The notes under the pieces were generated by a model. The model saw only the letters and a program-made list of their open reading frames with translations, did not search any database and was not told where the DNA came from. A DNA stretch of 61,796 nucleotides, filler included, from Ionaspis alba (lineage: Eukaryota): NCBI GenBank assembly GCA_964255285.1. It is 5 parts of 5 records of this genome, joined end to end, with 100 filler letters (N's around TTAATTAATTAA, not from the genome) between each part and the next. Parts side by side here need not be neighbours in the genome. Positions count along the whole stretch, not along the records: positions 37,217 to 49,457 come from CAXUUL010000520.1; positions 49,558 to 61,796 come from CAXUUL010000521.1; 3 more parts are not named here. One strand, written 5' to 3'. A program made the translations under genes and the position numbers. Of the stretch, positions 39,606-50,869 are shown piece after piece; within the stretch, counting starts at the first letter, position 1, and every line of letters starts with the position of its first letter.

Positions 39606-40237
39606 TGTAATTCTTAGACTTTCACTTAAACGACCAGGAAAACCTTGGGGTAGAACTCATGCATCAATGCCGTACCTCATACATCTTGGTGATTTGCCCA
39701 TGATTTCCATATACGTAAACATCATTTCAAGTTACTAGCCGTCGGCCCTTGACCGCGGTTTCTGTAACAAACGACTAGGGACTCGAGGCAAGAAACAGTC
39801 AACGCGATGCATCTCACATCAGAAAGACTGCACATGTCTTTAGATAATGCATCTTCGTGTATTTTCACGGTTCCGCCTGTAGGTCCATAAGTGTCCCATG
39901 ATCCACGATCTTGTCCCTGGTCCGCCGTGTCGTGCCGTGGTTCAGACCATGCTTGGCATGACTGTGGATATTATCTTGTTTCTAGTAGTCGAAATCGAAA
40001 TCCCATTCGCACCTCTTCCAGTATGGGCCAGAAGTGCTCGCCGTATAATTGGGAGGCCCTTGCGTCTTTCTTCCATGTCCTCTTCTTGTGGATACTTTGC
40101 ATTCATTTCTGAAAATCTTTATATATGATATCTGCATAACTTCGCAAGCTCTCCAACCATATATAAATAGCAAACACCAATCTTTCCTTTAGCAGATCTT
40201 CCTTATCCAATACTCGAACATCCTACTATTTACCACC

Positions 40238-41266
40238 ATGTTCGGTAGAATTCAGAAAGAATTTTCCACCGCCTTTGAGATATATTGTGACGAACCCGAG
40301 CCTAAGCAAACGGAGTCCAAAGCTCAACAAACCCAGCCAAGGTGTAGATCACCTAGCCTGGAGAGAGTCTGGTCGGCCATGAAACATCCAATGCCGGAAC
40401 TCAAGGGTCCTTTCTTCCTTGACGATGGCTGCCGCCCAGTTCTCCGTAAACGAGACCTGGCAGGGTGGGTTAAGGTACACAAGCTACTCCCCCGACAGTG
40501 GGCTATCGGAGTACACAATTTCTGGCTTGTGGAGATGATTCTCAACCGGAAGAACCATATCAATCAGTATACCCCGTTCGGTCGATGGTGTGCAGAGGCT
40601 TTCGTCAAGCACACCTTGATATACCGGGCTTTCGTGAGCGTTGTGTACGACCCGGAGCTGGAAGACGCAACTCGGAGTCTGCTGCAATATTTGACAATAT
40701 TGTTGAAGAAGTCGGAGACATGCGGTCAAAGAAAATTCCCGGACATCAGCGAGCATGACCACGCGGTGCAGCAAGAGCATGAAGTCATGTGTGGTCTCTT
40801 CAAAGAGTGCCCCGAGCTGGTGCGGCAGGTTAACAAGACAAATCAGATAATGCTGGACCGGTCCTGGGACGATGCCGTGGACGCAAACGCTTTTGGGCCA
40901 TACTTTGAGGAAAGACTTCGAGGAAAGAACGCCACGCTTAAGGCGTCGATAATGAGGATGTGGATTCCGATACCTCCTCAAATAGTGGCAAAGTCAGAGC
41001 TTTCGATTCGAAAGAGCTATGAAAGGCGTTGGGTGGAGCGAACGGAACTCTTTCAGGCCATGGATGAGTGGATGAAGGAAGGAGAAGAGTATGCACATCG
41101 ATATCTGCTGGACGTAACGAACACATACGAGCAATTAGATCCAGATCGACATTCGAGGGACCATTGGCATAATTGGGAACATCCACCAAGAGAAAGTCGA
41201 ATGGAAGCTGATGATGGGGACGAATCTGACAAGGAGAACTATCAGCCGCCCTCGCAGGAGGACTGA
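40238..41266 (+). CDS. Hypothetical protein (342 aa), intronless; ABBA-like and KEN motifs
   Basis: Long ORF with CACC-ATG context and TATATAAATA at about 40160; FEIYCDE near the N-terminus and DKENYQPP near the C-terminus. Confidence 0.75.
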   Translation: MFGRIQKEFSTAFEIYCDEPEPKQTESKAQQTQPRCRSPSLERVWSAMKHPMPELKGPFFLDDGCRPVLRKRDLAGWVKVHKLLPRQWAIGVHNFWLVEMILNRKNHINQYTPFGRWCAEAFVKHTLIYRAFVSVVYDPELEDATRSLLQYLTILLKKSETCGQRKFPDISEHDHAVQQEHEVMCGLFKECPELVRQVNKTNQIMLDRSWDDAVDANAFGPYFEERLRGKNATLKASIMRMWIPIPPQIVAKSELSIRKSYERRWVERTELFQAMDEWMKEGEEYAHRYLLDVTNTYEQLDPDRHSRDHWHNWEHPPRESRMEADDGDESDKENYQPPSQED

Positions 41267-41357
41267 GAGGATGAAATAGCAGAGTCTGAATGGATAGGAA
41301 AGACTGGAGTCAATGTCTAAAACCGTAATGATTAAAGACTGTGCTGTTTTCTCCCAT

Positions 41358-43797
41358 TTAATCGAGACCCAATCCATCTACCTTGCCTAGAAATTCTCCA
41401 CGACTCTCTGATTGTAGCAGTTCGTCCACGTCCACTCCTCCTGCTGACAAGTAGCTCTCACTCACCCCAACATTGACGCGCTGGCCCAACAGCCCTTTCA
41501 ATTCGGTTTTCAGGGCTGCCAACTCTCCTTTACTCAGTGCCCTAGCTTCCTTTTCGGCTTTCATCCTTCCCTGCCCTCTTCCCTTCTTGCTACCTTCTTG
41601 AATTGCGAATTCTTCACTGTGATACTCAACTCCTAGATCATCGGCCGCAGCCTTCAACCAGTTATCACTCTGGCCTTTCTTCTCTTTCGCGAGGATAGCG
41701 TCCGCCATTTTTTTGGACAATGCAGCTCGAGGTCTCAATCTTGCAACGATCCGTCGATCCAGATCAATCGTCCGCATAAAGAACTTCTTGCTGCTATCGT
41801 CATCAATATCAGCGTTACGAGCATGGACCTTGGCGACCAATCTCCTAACGCCTTGGACCTCTTCGGGTGCACAAAGAAGGATGCTTGACCCGGATTTATC
41901 CGCCCGCGCCGTACGACCAGATCGGTGGACGTACATATCTGCTGCACGAGGGAGGTGGTAGTGAACAATTAATTGAACAGAAGGAATGTCAAGTCCCCGA
42001 GCAGCTACATCAGTAGCTATGAGAATAGACCCAGGCTGCGACTTAGACGAGAACCTTTCGATTGCTCGGAGGCGTGCTTTCTGGGCCATTTGAGAATGAA
42101 GGGCGTGCGCGGGAATGTTGAGATTTTGTAAAAATGGAGTTAGACGCCGGACGGCAGAGATGGAATTCGTGAAAATCAACGTCCGTGTATTTGGGTGGTG
42201 TAGAAGGATAGCGTAGAGATAAAGATCTTTTTCAGTACCAGCACATTCGACAATTCCTTCTTTGAGACCGGAAGCCATCTGGGATATAGGATTGACATCA
42301 ACGAATTTAGGCTTCTCCTCCCGGAAGTTGAGCTTTTTCAGCAAGTACTCCATGGACTCTTGCTTGCCCATAAGGTCGCCATAGGAGGATTTTCCTTTAC
42401 CAGCGAGCTTTCTCTGAAGATCTTTTTGAAATGTAGCGGAGAATACAAGAGTCTGTCGCTGGTCATTGAGAGTATTGCCTTCAGTATCCGATGAATCTGG
42501 CTCGCCTTCCCCACGGTCTTCACGATCCAAAGCGTCGAGGATATCTGCAACCTCTTTGAAATTACCCTCACTAAGTAGTCTATCTGCTTCGTCCACGACA
42601 AGGAATTTAATTTGCCTAAGCCATTTTAGTAGACCTTGGCCCCCACTGATGATCTCCCACAATCTTCCCGGGGTCCCAACGATGATATCTGCCCGTGCCA
42701 GTAGACGTTGTTGCTTCTGCAGCGACAAGCCACCTGTCACAGTCACTACATGAGGGCTGCGAGAACCGGCCTTAGAGCATAGGTCAGTCAAATGAGTTGA
42801 GAGCTGATGCGCAAGCTCTCTTGTTGGAGAAAGTATGATCGCTGTTGGTGGAGATTGTCGATCTGAATCTTTGTTGCTATCATCCGGTTGAGTTCTCGAA
42901 TGACTCCCAAGATAATGCTCGAGTACGGGAATCCCGAAAGCAAGAGTCTTGCCTGACCCTGTGGACGCTTTGCCGATTACATCATGTCCGTTGAGTATAT
43001 CTGGAATTGTGGCTCTCTGTATAGGGGTCGGCTTATCAAACCTCAATTTTGCCAACGATGACAGTGTCTCAGGAGACAAATTTAGCGACTTCCAGGCTGA
43101 CACTGGTCATATTAGTCGACGATGCCGAATACCGGCGATTTTCCAATACACATACCGTCAGCTTCAACGTCAGTAACAGTGCCTAGGGCTTGAAATGCAT
43201 TTTCCCCTTGGGAACCATTGGCTTGTAATCCGTTCGAAATCTTTTGACCAGGTCCAACAGTTTTTCTGGTCTTTTTGGAAGTAGACTTGCCCTTGACATC
43301 ACAGAGTTTTCCTTTCCTACTATTGCCCAGAGGTTCATCTGTCTTGATGTCTAGATCGTCGTCAAAGCCGTCCCAACTTGAGCCATCGTTGGTGTCGGCT
43401 TGCCTATTCCCACTTTCGCCGATAGTACTTGACTGCGGGACTGTGGTAGAGGTATCGTGAGGTGCGTAATCGCCGGCAACTAGCTATTTGGATCAGTCTC
43501 GCTGAAAGAGATCATCGAGGTAGTCATGGACTTGCCTACCAGATATTGGACCTTGCCACTGCCCGGATCTCTTACTACCTCCACGTCTTCAATCTCTTCC
43601 AGACCAAAGAAGCCCTCAGCATCTTCGAATCGGTCAGGTAAAGCAACCTCCTTCCACGCCAATTGATCCAGTGATATGGGACGAGCATGTGGAGATGGAA
43701 GCTTCTTCGACTTTGTGTTTGGTGCCTGAATCCGCGCTCTTTTCCTCGAGTTCTGTGTGGTTGTCACCCAGGGCCTTTTCACCTGCTCTTGAGTCAT
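41358..43797 (-). CDS. MAK5: ATP-dependent DEAD-box RNA helicase Mak5 (DDX24), 3 exons
   Basis: N-terminal LAWKEVALPDRFEDAEGFFGLEEI; Q motif PTPIQ; ASTGSGKT; PTRELA; TPGR; DEAD; SAT; HRSGRTAR (Mak5-type). Confidence 0.93.
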
Positions 43798-43922
43798 CGC
43801 TGCCCAATTGTATTCCATATGAACGGCTGGTATCAGAAAGGGATGGAGTTTTGCTGCCACCCGAGGATTCGCCGATGAGTTGCCGTGGAGGTGGCCGACA
43901 GAAATCGTTACCGAGCATTATT

Positions 43923-44132
43923 AGCATGATACGTAGATGGCGGGGGACCTCTTTAGGTGGTGGTCCCTTATCTCGCTNNNNNNNNNNNNNNNNNNNNNNN
44001 NNNNNNNNNNNNNNNNNNNNNNNNNNNNNNNNNNNNNNNNNNNNNNNNNNNNNNNNNNNNNNNNNNNNNNNNNNNNNAGCATGATACGTAGATGGCGGGG
44101 GACCTCTTTAGGTGGTGGTCCCTTATCTCGCT
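43923..44132. repeat. 55-bp direct duplication flanking a 100-N gap in the MAK5/TRM7 divergent intergenic region
   Basis: agcatgatacgtagatggcgggggacctctttaggtggtggtcccttatctcgct occurs at 43923-43977 and again at 44078-44132. Confidence 0.8.
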
Positions 44133-44512
44133 ATCCCCTAACCACTCGCCTGGAAGCCCCTGTAATTATGAGCATCGTGAGCTCGTCATCAGGTGGACAA
44201 ACCTCGGACAAACCCAACCCAATTGACAAGTCCAAATGGAACAGCTGAATATGAGGTCCTGGACTTGAGCATCAAAACTCTGCCCAGAAACCTAACTCCA
44301 ATCTCTCGATATATCGACTGGTTGTGCTTCAGTCTCTTCCTTTTTCATGCTAGCTTCCCAGAGTCTCGCTAGTGACAGCTGGATTGAACTTCCTAGTGTT
44401 GCTTTAAAATCTTTTGGACAGGGCTCAAAACCACGACCGACATCTCATTGTCTCGCAGAATCTCCTCTTTCTATTTCGTTGTTGAAAACGCGTGTGAAAT
44501 TGCGAGGTCAAA

Positions 44513-45676
44513 ATGGGCAAGTCGTCCAAAGACAAACGAGATGCCTACTATCGACTCGCGAAGGAGCAAGGTTGGCGCGCAAGGTCTGCCTTCAAGTTGA
44601 TCCAGCTTGATGAGCAGTTCAATCTTTTTGAGGGCGTAACTCGAGTAGTGGATCTATGTGCAGCACCAGGTAGCTGGAGTCAGGTCCTGTCGAGGGTCTT
44701 GATCAAGGGCGAAAGCTTTGGAAGGCGAGCATGGCGGGAGAAACAGAAGAGGGAGTACAAGTTGATCTACGGTAAAGAACCTGAATCAGAAAAGAAGGAA
44801 GAGGGAGGAGAGAAGAACGACGACGACGACGACGACGACAAAGAAGGGCAATTGAGACCCAGGGAGGGAGTGAGAATCGTCGCCGTCGATCTACAGCCCA
44901 TGTCTCCCCTAGAAGGTATCATTACGCTAAAGGGAGACATAACTCATCCATCTACGATCCCGAGGATACTGCAGGCTCTGGACCCTGACACATATGATCC
45001 TGACTCGGCGTCTACGTCGACTACCCATCCTGTTGACCTTGTTCTTAGTGATGGCGCACCGGACGTGACTGGGTTACATGATCTCGATATCTACATTCAA
45101 TCACAGTTACTGTTCTCCGCACTAAACCTGGCATTACGAGTACTCAAGCCCGGAGGAAAGTTTGTAGCTAAGATCTTCCGAGGGAAAGATATTGATCTCA
45201 TCTATACACAGCTGCGCTGCTTCTTCGCCAAAGTCCATTGTGCTAAGCCTAGAAGCTCCAGAGCCAGTAGCCTGGAAGCCTTCGTAGTTTGTGAAGGCTT
45301 CTCGATGCCCAAAGGGTATAAGCTGGAGCCCGACCAAGCTGTCGGAATAACAACGGCGGTTCCGAGACGAGAGAAAGAGGTCAGAGCACCAGAAAAATCC
45401 CATGAGGAATGGAATAACGGGCAGAAGCGGACCGTCCGCGAGGACGGAGTGACCGTACTCGAGTTCGAGTCGGATGAAGACGATAGCGTTCGGTGGATTG
45501 CACCTTTTGTGGCTTGTGGTGATTTGTCGGCCTGGGATTCGGATGCCACCTATCATCTTCCCAAAGACAGGATCAGCCTTGACCCAGTCCAGCCACCGAC
45601 AGCTCCTCCATACAAACGAGCCCTAGAGCTACGGCGGCAGCAAGGTGGCTTTTACGGGAAGACCACAAAGAAGTGA
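44513..45676 (+). CDS. TRM7: tRNA (cytidine32/guanosine34-2'-O)-methyltransferase Trm7 (FtsJ family)
   Basis: [78 protein letters not shown]. Confidence 0.96.
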   Translation: MGKSSKDKRDAYYRLAKEQGWRARSAFKLIQLDEQFNLFEGVTRVVDLCAAPGSWSQVLSRVLIKGESFGRRAWREKQKREYKLIYGKEPESEKKEEGGEKNDDDDDDDKEGQLRPREGVRIVAVDLQPMSPLEGIITLKGDITHPSTIPRILQALDPDTYDPDSASTSTTHPVDLVLSDGAPDVTGLHDLDIYIQSQLLFSALNLALRVLKPGGKFVAKIFRGKDIDLIYTQLRCFFAKVHCAKPRSSRASSLEAFVVCEGFSMPKGYKLEPDQAVGITTAVPRREKEVRAPEKSHEEWNNGQKRTVREDGVTVLEFESDEDDSVRWIAPFVACGDLSAWDSDATYHLPKDRISLDPVQPPTAPPYKRALELRRQQGGFYGKTTKK

Positions 45677-45898
45677 TGGTTTCTCCAAGCTCCGACCTGC
45701 ATAGAGCTGTATCGGGCTGAGTCTGAAAGTGTCGGCCTGTCTTCTTGTCTTGAAACAGTACTTTTCTGGAGCTTTTGACTGGACCCCAACAAGAATGATC
45801 GGCGTCGAGCTTGGTACTCTCATGAATCATAGCTGTTTCCGACAATAGAAGGAGCATCGAACTCTGGTCGTCCGACTCCCACATCGATCTTAGGAGCG

Positions 45899-46896
45899 TC
45901 ACCCCGTCCATGTCCTGCTCAGCGGCTTCACGCCCTTGTGGATAGCAGCGATCCCAGCAGTCAGGTTTTCAAAACCCTGTCCAGGAATCATGAAACCTGC
46001 CTTTGCAATCATATCCCTAAACTCTGATTGACTGGGAAATTGCTCAATACTTTCCACAAGATACTGATAGCTTGCCCTATCGGCCGCGACGAGTTCTCCG
46101 ATGATTGGGATTGCACTAAAGCTCCATCTCTTGTAGATACCATTGAGAATAGTATTGTCGACCTTGCTGAATTCCAGACAAGCGAAGACTCCTCCAGGTT
46201 TGAGTACTCGAAACGCTTCCTCTAGAGCTCGTTGCTTGTCCGTGAAATTACGAATTCCAAATGCGACGGTATATAGGTCAATGGAATTATTTTCGACCAT
46301 TGACAGCTTCTCAGCATTAGCTTCCAGGAAATCTAGTCGGCTACTACCAGCATAGGGCGTTTCCAGACTCCTCTTTTTGCCTTCCGCAAGCATCTCAGGG
46401 TTTATGTCGGACACAGTGACAGTGGTTTTAGTGTCATGGTTGATGCTCGTCGCGTGGTCCAACATTCGAAATGCAATGTCTCCAGTCCCTCCGGCAATAT
46501 CCAAAATCCTCCATCCATTTGACGGATCTGTAGAATCCCCCACTGACCCAGGGTTCAGAGTGCGAACGAAATGGTCTTTCCACAGCCGATGTATCCCAAG
46601 AGACATGAGGTCATTCATTGTATCGTACGACAAAGCAACGGAGGAAAACACAGCACCGACTATGTAAAGACACATCAGCGAGAGTCAAAAGAGAATCGTC
46701 CCAGGGTCTGACCTTTTGATTCCTTCACCGATTCAGCAACTGTCTCGAAGCCAAAATGAGTCGTACGGTTCCCATCCGCTTGTTTGGTGGGCTCTTGCAC
46801 TCGCAAGGCTGTGTTAGAAAAGCCGCGGGCAACCTGGGCGGGAGTAGTTTTTCTCGGCAGTTTGACTGCTCTCAAAGAACCTCTTACGACCGACAT
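45899..46896 (-). CDS. COQ5: Ubiquinone biosynthesis C-methyltransferase Coq5 (UbiE family), 2 exons
   Basis: Mitochondrial presequence; TTHFGFETV; YDTMNDLMSLGIHRLWK; LDIAGGTGDIAF; VLKPGG; SYQYLVESI. Intron about 46660-46712. Confidence 0.95.
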
Positions 46897-47515
46897 GATG
46901 GCGTGCCTTACATTTGATTCTGCATGTTAGGCAAGAGTTAATATTTTGATATGGCCTCGGGTCGGACGTAAATCTCCGGCTGGCCGACCCGAGCTTCGAC
47001 CACCATACTGTATTTAGTTAAACCTCGCAGGATTCTGCGCATATACGCGGCTTTGTCCATCGGACAACCCCTTTGAATGAGGCTTGAATGCGGTTTACTC
47101 TACGCGGTTGTTCTATTATTGTCCGTATTGCTCGAAAAAACTGTGCATGAAGGCGGTTTGCTCCCATATAGACGTACTGTTTTCCCAATTTTCACATAAA
47201 TATCTTGTTCGTACTAAGCTCCTCGCGCATTTAAATCAATTGGCATATTGTTGTTCGGAAACCCTCAATCTATGAGAAAGAGTGTCTGTTACAGATCTTG
47301 ATCCAGAATAGTACCTTCAGAGACTTAAGCTTTTAAGATCAGGCAAAAGAGAACTCACTGTAGCGTAGTCGGACCTACGTCGATTTCGACAGTCTACAGC
47401 CCCTCGCGCGCGAAGTCTGGGGATACAACTCCTCTAAACTGTGGTATAGGCTTTTCTGGACCGTACTAGACTCACAGCGAATTACTGCAACCAGATCATT
47501 TCCTTCCCATGAATC

Positions 47516-49029
47516 ATGCAAAAGACAGTACTGGACCAAAGGATCATACTGTCCCATGTTGACCGACGGCCGGCGCCAGCCAGTATTCGTCTACGAGCAC
47601 CACTCATCAGACTCCCTTGCTCCCCATACCTGCAATCTCAGCGATGGAACTCCGTTTCTCAGCGACCAGGCTCAGACTAGTCAGTTATTTTATCATCGAT
47701 AAGCTTTCTTTCATGGCTGATTAAGCTGTAGTGTTCACTTCCCAGGAGCTGTCAACAGCAAGTTCGTGACGAGAATGGCTTTCGAAAGACCATCAACCCA
47801 TGTTGCAATTCCGACATATAGGGTCATGGACTCGAATGGCGTCATTGTCGATAAAGGACACGAGCCGTCGAACATTGACAAGGAGGAGGTTCTGAGCTGG
47901 TATAGGAACATGCTGACTGGTAGGACGTTACCCTGCCCACTTACTAAGATATATGCTTACAGCCCATCTTCCGACAGTCAGCATCATGGACCTCATAATG
48001 TTCGATGCTCAAAGGCAAGGTAGACTAAGCTTCTACATGGTCTCAGCGGGGGAAGAAGGCATTGCAGTTGGATCCGCGGCCGCACTTTCTCCTGAAGATG
48101 TCGTCTTCGCTCAGTATAGAGAGACTGGAGTTTTCCAGCAACGTGGCTTCCGGCTTGAAGATTTCATGAATCAGCTTTTCGCGAACCGCAAAGATGTAGG
48201 AAAAGGCCGCAATATGCCAGTACATTATGGTAGCAGTAAGCTCAATCATCATGCTATCTCGTCACCATTGGCAACCCAGATCCCGCAAGCTGCAGGGGCT
48301 GCCTATGCGCTCAAGCTTCAGGCATTACAAGATCCTAACATATCCCCACGGATTGTGGCTTGCTACTTTGGTGAGGGCGCCGCTAGCGGGGGCGACTTCC
48401 ATGCCGCATTGAACATTGCTGCTACGCGGTCATGTCCTATAGTCTTCGTCTGCCGCAATAATGGCTATGCAATATCTACGCCAACGCTCGAACAGTATCG
48501 TGGTGATGGTATTGCTAGTCGTGGTATTGGCTACGGTATTGACACGATCCGTGTGGACGGTAACGACATATTCGCTGTCCGTGAAGTGACCAAAGAAGCC
48601 AGAAGAATAGCTCTTGAAGATGGCGGTAAGCCTGTCCTGATCGAAGCAATGAGCTACCGCGTCTCTCATCACAGCACGAGTGACGACAGCTTTGCCTATC
48701 GAGCAAAGGTTGAAGTTGAGGATTGGAAACGCCGAGACAATCCCATAACCCGTCTGAGGAAGTGGATGGAGAACAATGGCTTATGGAACGAGGAGAAGGA
48801 GAAGGATGCACGATCAAGTATTCGAAAAGACGTTCTCAAGGCCTTTGCGGAAGCGGAGAAAGAAAAGAAAGCGCCGTTGAGGGAGATGTTCACTGATGTC
48901 TATGAGGAATTGAGTGAGGAAAGCAAGGCTCAGATGCATGAGTTGAATGATATCTTGGAAAAGTATCCTAACGAGTACGACGTCGACGAATTTGAGGGTG
49001 GCAGGAAAGGACTTACTGAGAATACATGA
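47516..49029 (+). CDS. Branched-chain 2-oxoacid dehydrogenase E1 alpha subunit, 3 exons
   Basis: Presequence-like start; [32 protein letters not shown]; ThDP motif GEGAAS...[19 protein letters not shown]. Confidence 0.93.
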
Positions 49030-49457
49030 TGCTATCTTCTCGAACGTTTTACGGCACGAGTGAAGTTGAAGACGCGGGTTCACTGCTCTACGAGTCCGTC
49101 CATTGCGCATCGCTTTGCGCCGGAATACTCGTCAATAGGACAGCATTAATGCAAGCGCGCTGCACCCGGTATTCTGCAAGTCGCGCTCTCATAAGACGAT
49201 AAGATAACGTTGAGGAGGAGGTAGAAGGCGCCGGCAGAGGAAACTGTGATGAAAGGGTTGTACTGCACAGAATAGCCTCGCGCTAGGAAAAATAAATCCT
49301 TCGGGTGATGATCGATGGACGGTGGCTCGTTATTGCTGTGGTGCTTTAGAGACGAGAGGGGACAGGCCCATAGGAAGAGACGGCATTATGTGTTTTACGG
49401 GGCTTCTCGAGAGAGGTATCTGTAGGACTTCATGCGGAGCTCAGAAAGGAAGCATGT

Positions 49458-49557
49458 NNNNNNNNNNNNNNNNNNNNNNNNNNNNNNNNNNNNNNNNNNN
49501 NTTAATTAATTAANNNNNNNNNNNNNNNNNNNNNNNNNNNNNNNNNNNNNNNNNNNN
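49458..49557. other. Artificial scaffold-joining linker
   Basis: N44-TTAATTAATTAA-N44. Confidence 0.97.
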
Positions 49558-50298
49558 GGCTATGCCTCCCTCGCTCACATCGACTACCTGACCTTCCTCC
49601 TCGCCAAATCCTGCAAGCTACTGCCGGTCATGTTCCTACACCTAACCATCTTCCGGAAATCCTATCCACTGCACAAATATCTCGTTGTCGCGCTCGTCAC
49701 CTCTGGCGTGGCACTATTCACCCTCTACCACCCCTCGAGCACCAAGCACTCGAAATCGAACGCGTCTGTGGTCGAAAAATCCTCGGCCTGGGGCTTGCTG
49801 CTGCTGAGTATAAATTTGCTTTTCGACGGCCTCACGAACAGCACTCAAGACCACATCTTTGCACATTATGCCCCGTACAGCGGGCCGCAGATGATGGTCG
49901 CCCAGAACTTGCTTTCCACGCTCCTTACCTCACTCTACCTGCTCCTTTCCCCGCATCTCAGTAGTCTACACGCTTTACTCAGTCTCCCGGCCCCAACCTC
50001 AGAACTTTTCTCTGCGCTATCCTTCCTGCAAGCACATCCAGCGGTGCTGAAAGATGTATTGGCATTTGCGGCATGTGGAGCAGTGGGGCAGATATTTATC
50101 TATTATACGCTGAGTCGGTTCTCGAGCTTACTACTGGTGACGGTCACGGTGACGCGGAAGATGCTGAGTATGATGCTTAGTGTGCTTCTTTTCGGGCACA
50201 CGTTGAGTGCGGGACAGTGGGTGGGTGTGGGGTTGGTCTTTGGAGGTGTGGCAGGAGAGGGGTGGGTTGCCAAGAGAGGAAAAGCGAAGAAGGGTTGA
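49558..50298 (+). CDS. HUT1: UDP-galactose transporter homologue Hut1 (UAA/SLC35B1), 3' fragment
   Basis: GYASLAHIDYLTFLLAKSCKLLPVM, LFDGLTNSTQD, GQIFIYYTL, VTVTRKM, di-lysine-like ER-retrieval tail KAKKG. Confidence 0.9.
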   Translation, partial: GYASLAHIDYLTFLLAKSCKLLPVMFLHLTIFRKSYPLHKYLVVALVTSGVALFTLYHPSSTKHSKSNASVVEKSSAWGLLLLSINLLFDGLTNSTQDHIFAHYAPYSGPQMMVAQNLLSTLLTSLYLLLSPHLSSLHALLSLPAPTSELFSALSFLQAHPAVLKDVLAFAACGAVGQIFIYYTLSRFSSLLLVTVTVTRKMLSMMLSVLLFGHTLSAGQWVGVGLVFGGVAGEGWVAKRGKAKKG

Positions 50299-50869
50299 AG
50301 CGTTGAATTGAGGTGGAGCACGAAGGGCTGCGGGGAGTGGTCAGGAGAGGTTGAATAGGTCGTTAAACTCGAGAGACCGCATAGACTCATAGATGGCGCA
50401 AGAACAGGCTTTTTGTCGCCGGCATTGGCATATGTAGATGGTTACTAGATTTTGGAATATTTGAGTAGTATAAACGACGCAATAAATACAGCTATCTGAC
50501 CTCTGCCAGTACAGGCAAACCAACAATCAATCTATTCGGATCGAGATACTGGCCCAAGTATCGGTACGAAGGAGGTACCCGATAGAAGGACTCAGACCAT
50601 ATACCTGAACCAAGAGACAAGAAACCAGATCTTGATGCACCGTCTGTACTTCAGGTCTAGCGTAGTTTCTCTGATAACAAAAGAAAATCAACGTCCTAAG
50701 GAGGTGGACGAATGAACGCTAAAAGGTATAAATCAACGGCTTTCGGAAAAGCTGAGCTCTGACAAAAGAAACCGAGCTCCAAAATTCCAGTACGAAAGAT
50801 GCAGTCCCATATAAACATTCCTCAAGGTCAAAAAGGGTGCAGTTTGAAACCCACAACAATCTTAACCTT

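Noticed and set aside
41358..49029. MAK5-TRM7-COQ5-BCKDH as a functional gene cluster
   Set aside because: Housekeeping genes from unrelated pathways in ordinary divergent/convergent packing. Only the shared MAK5/TRM7 promoter is plausibly co-regulated.
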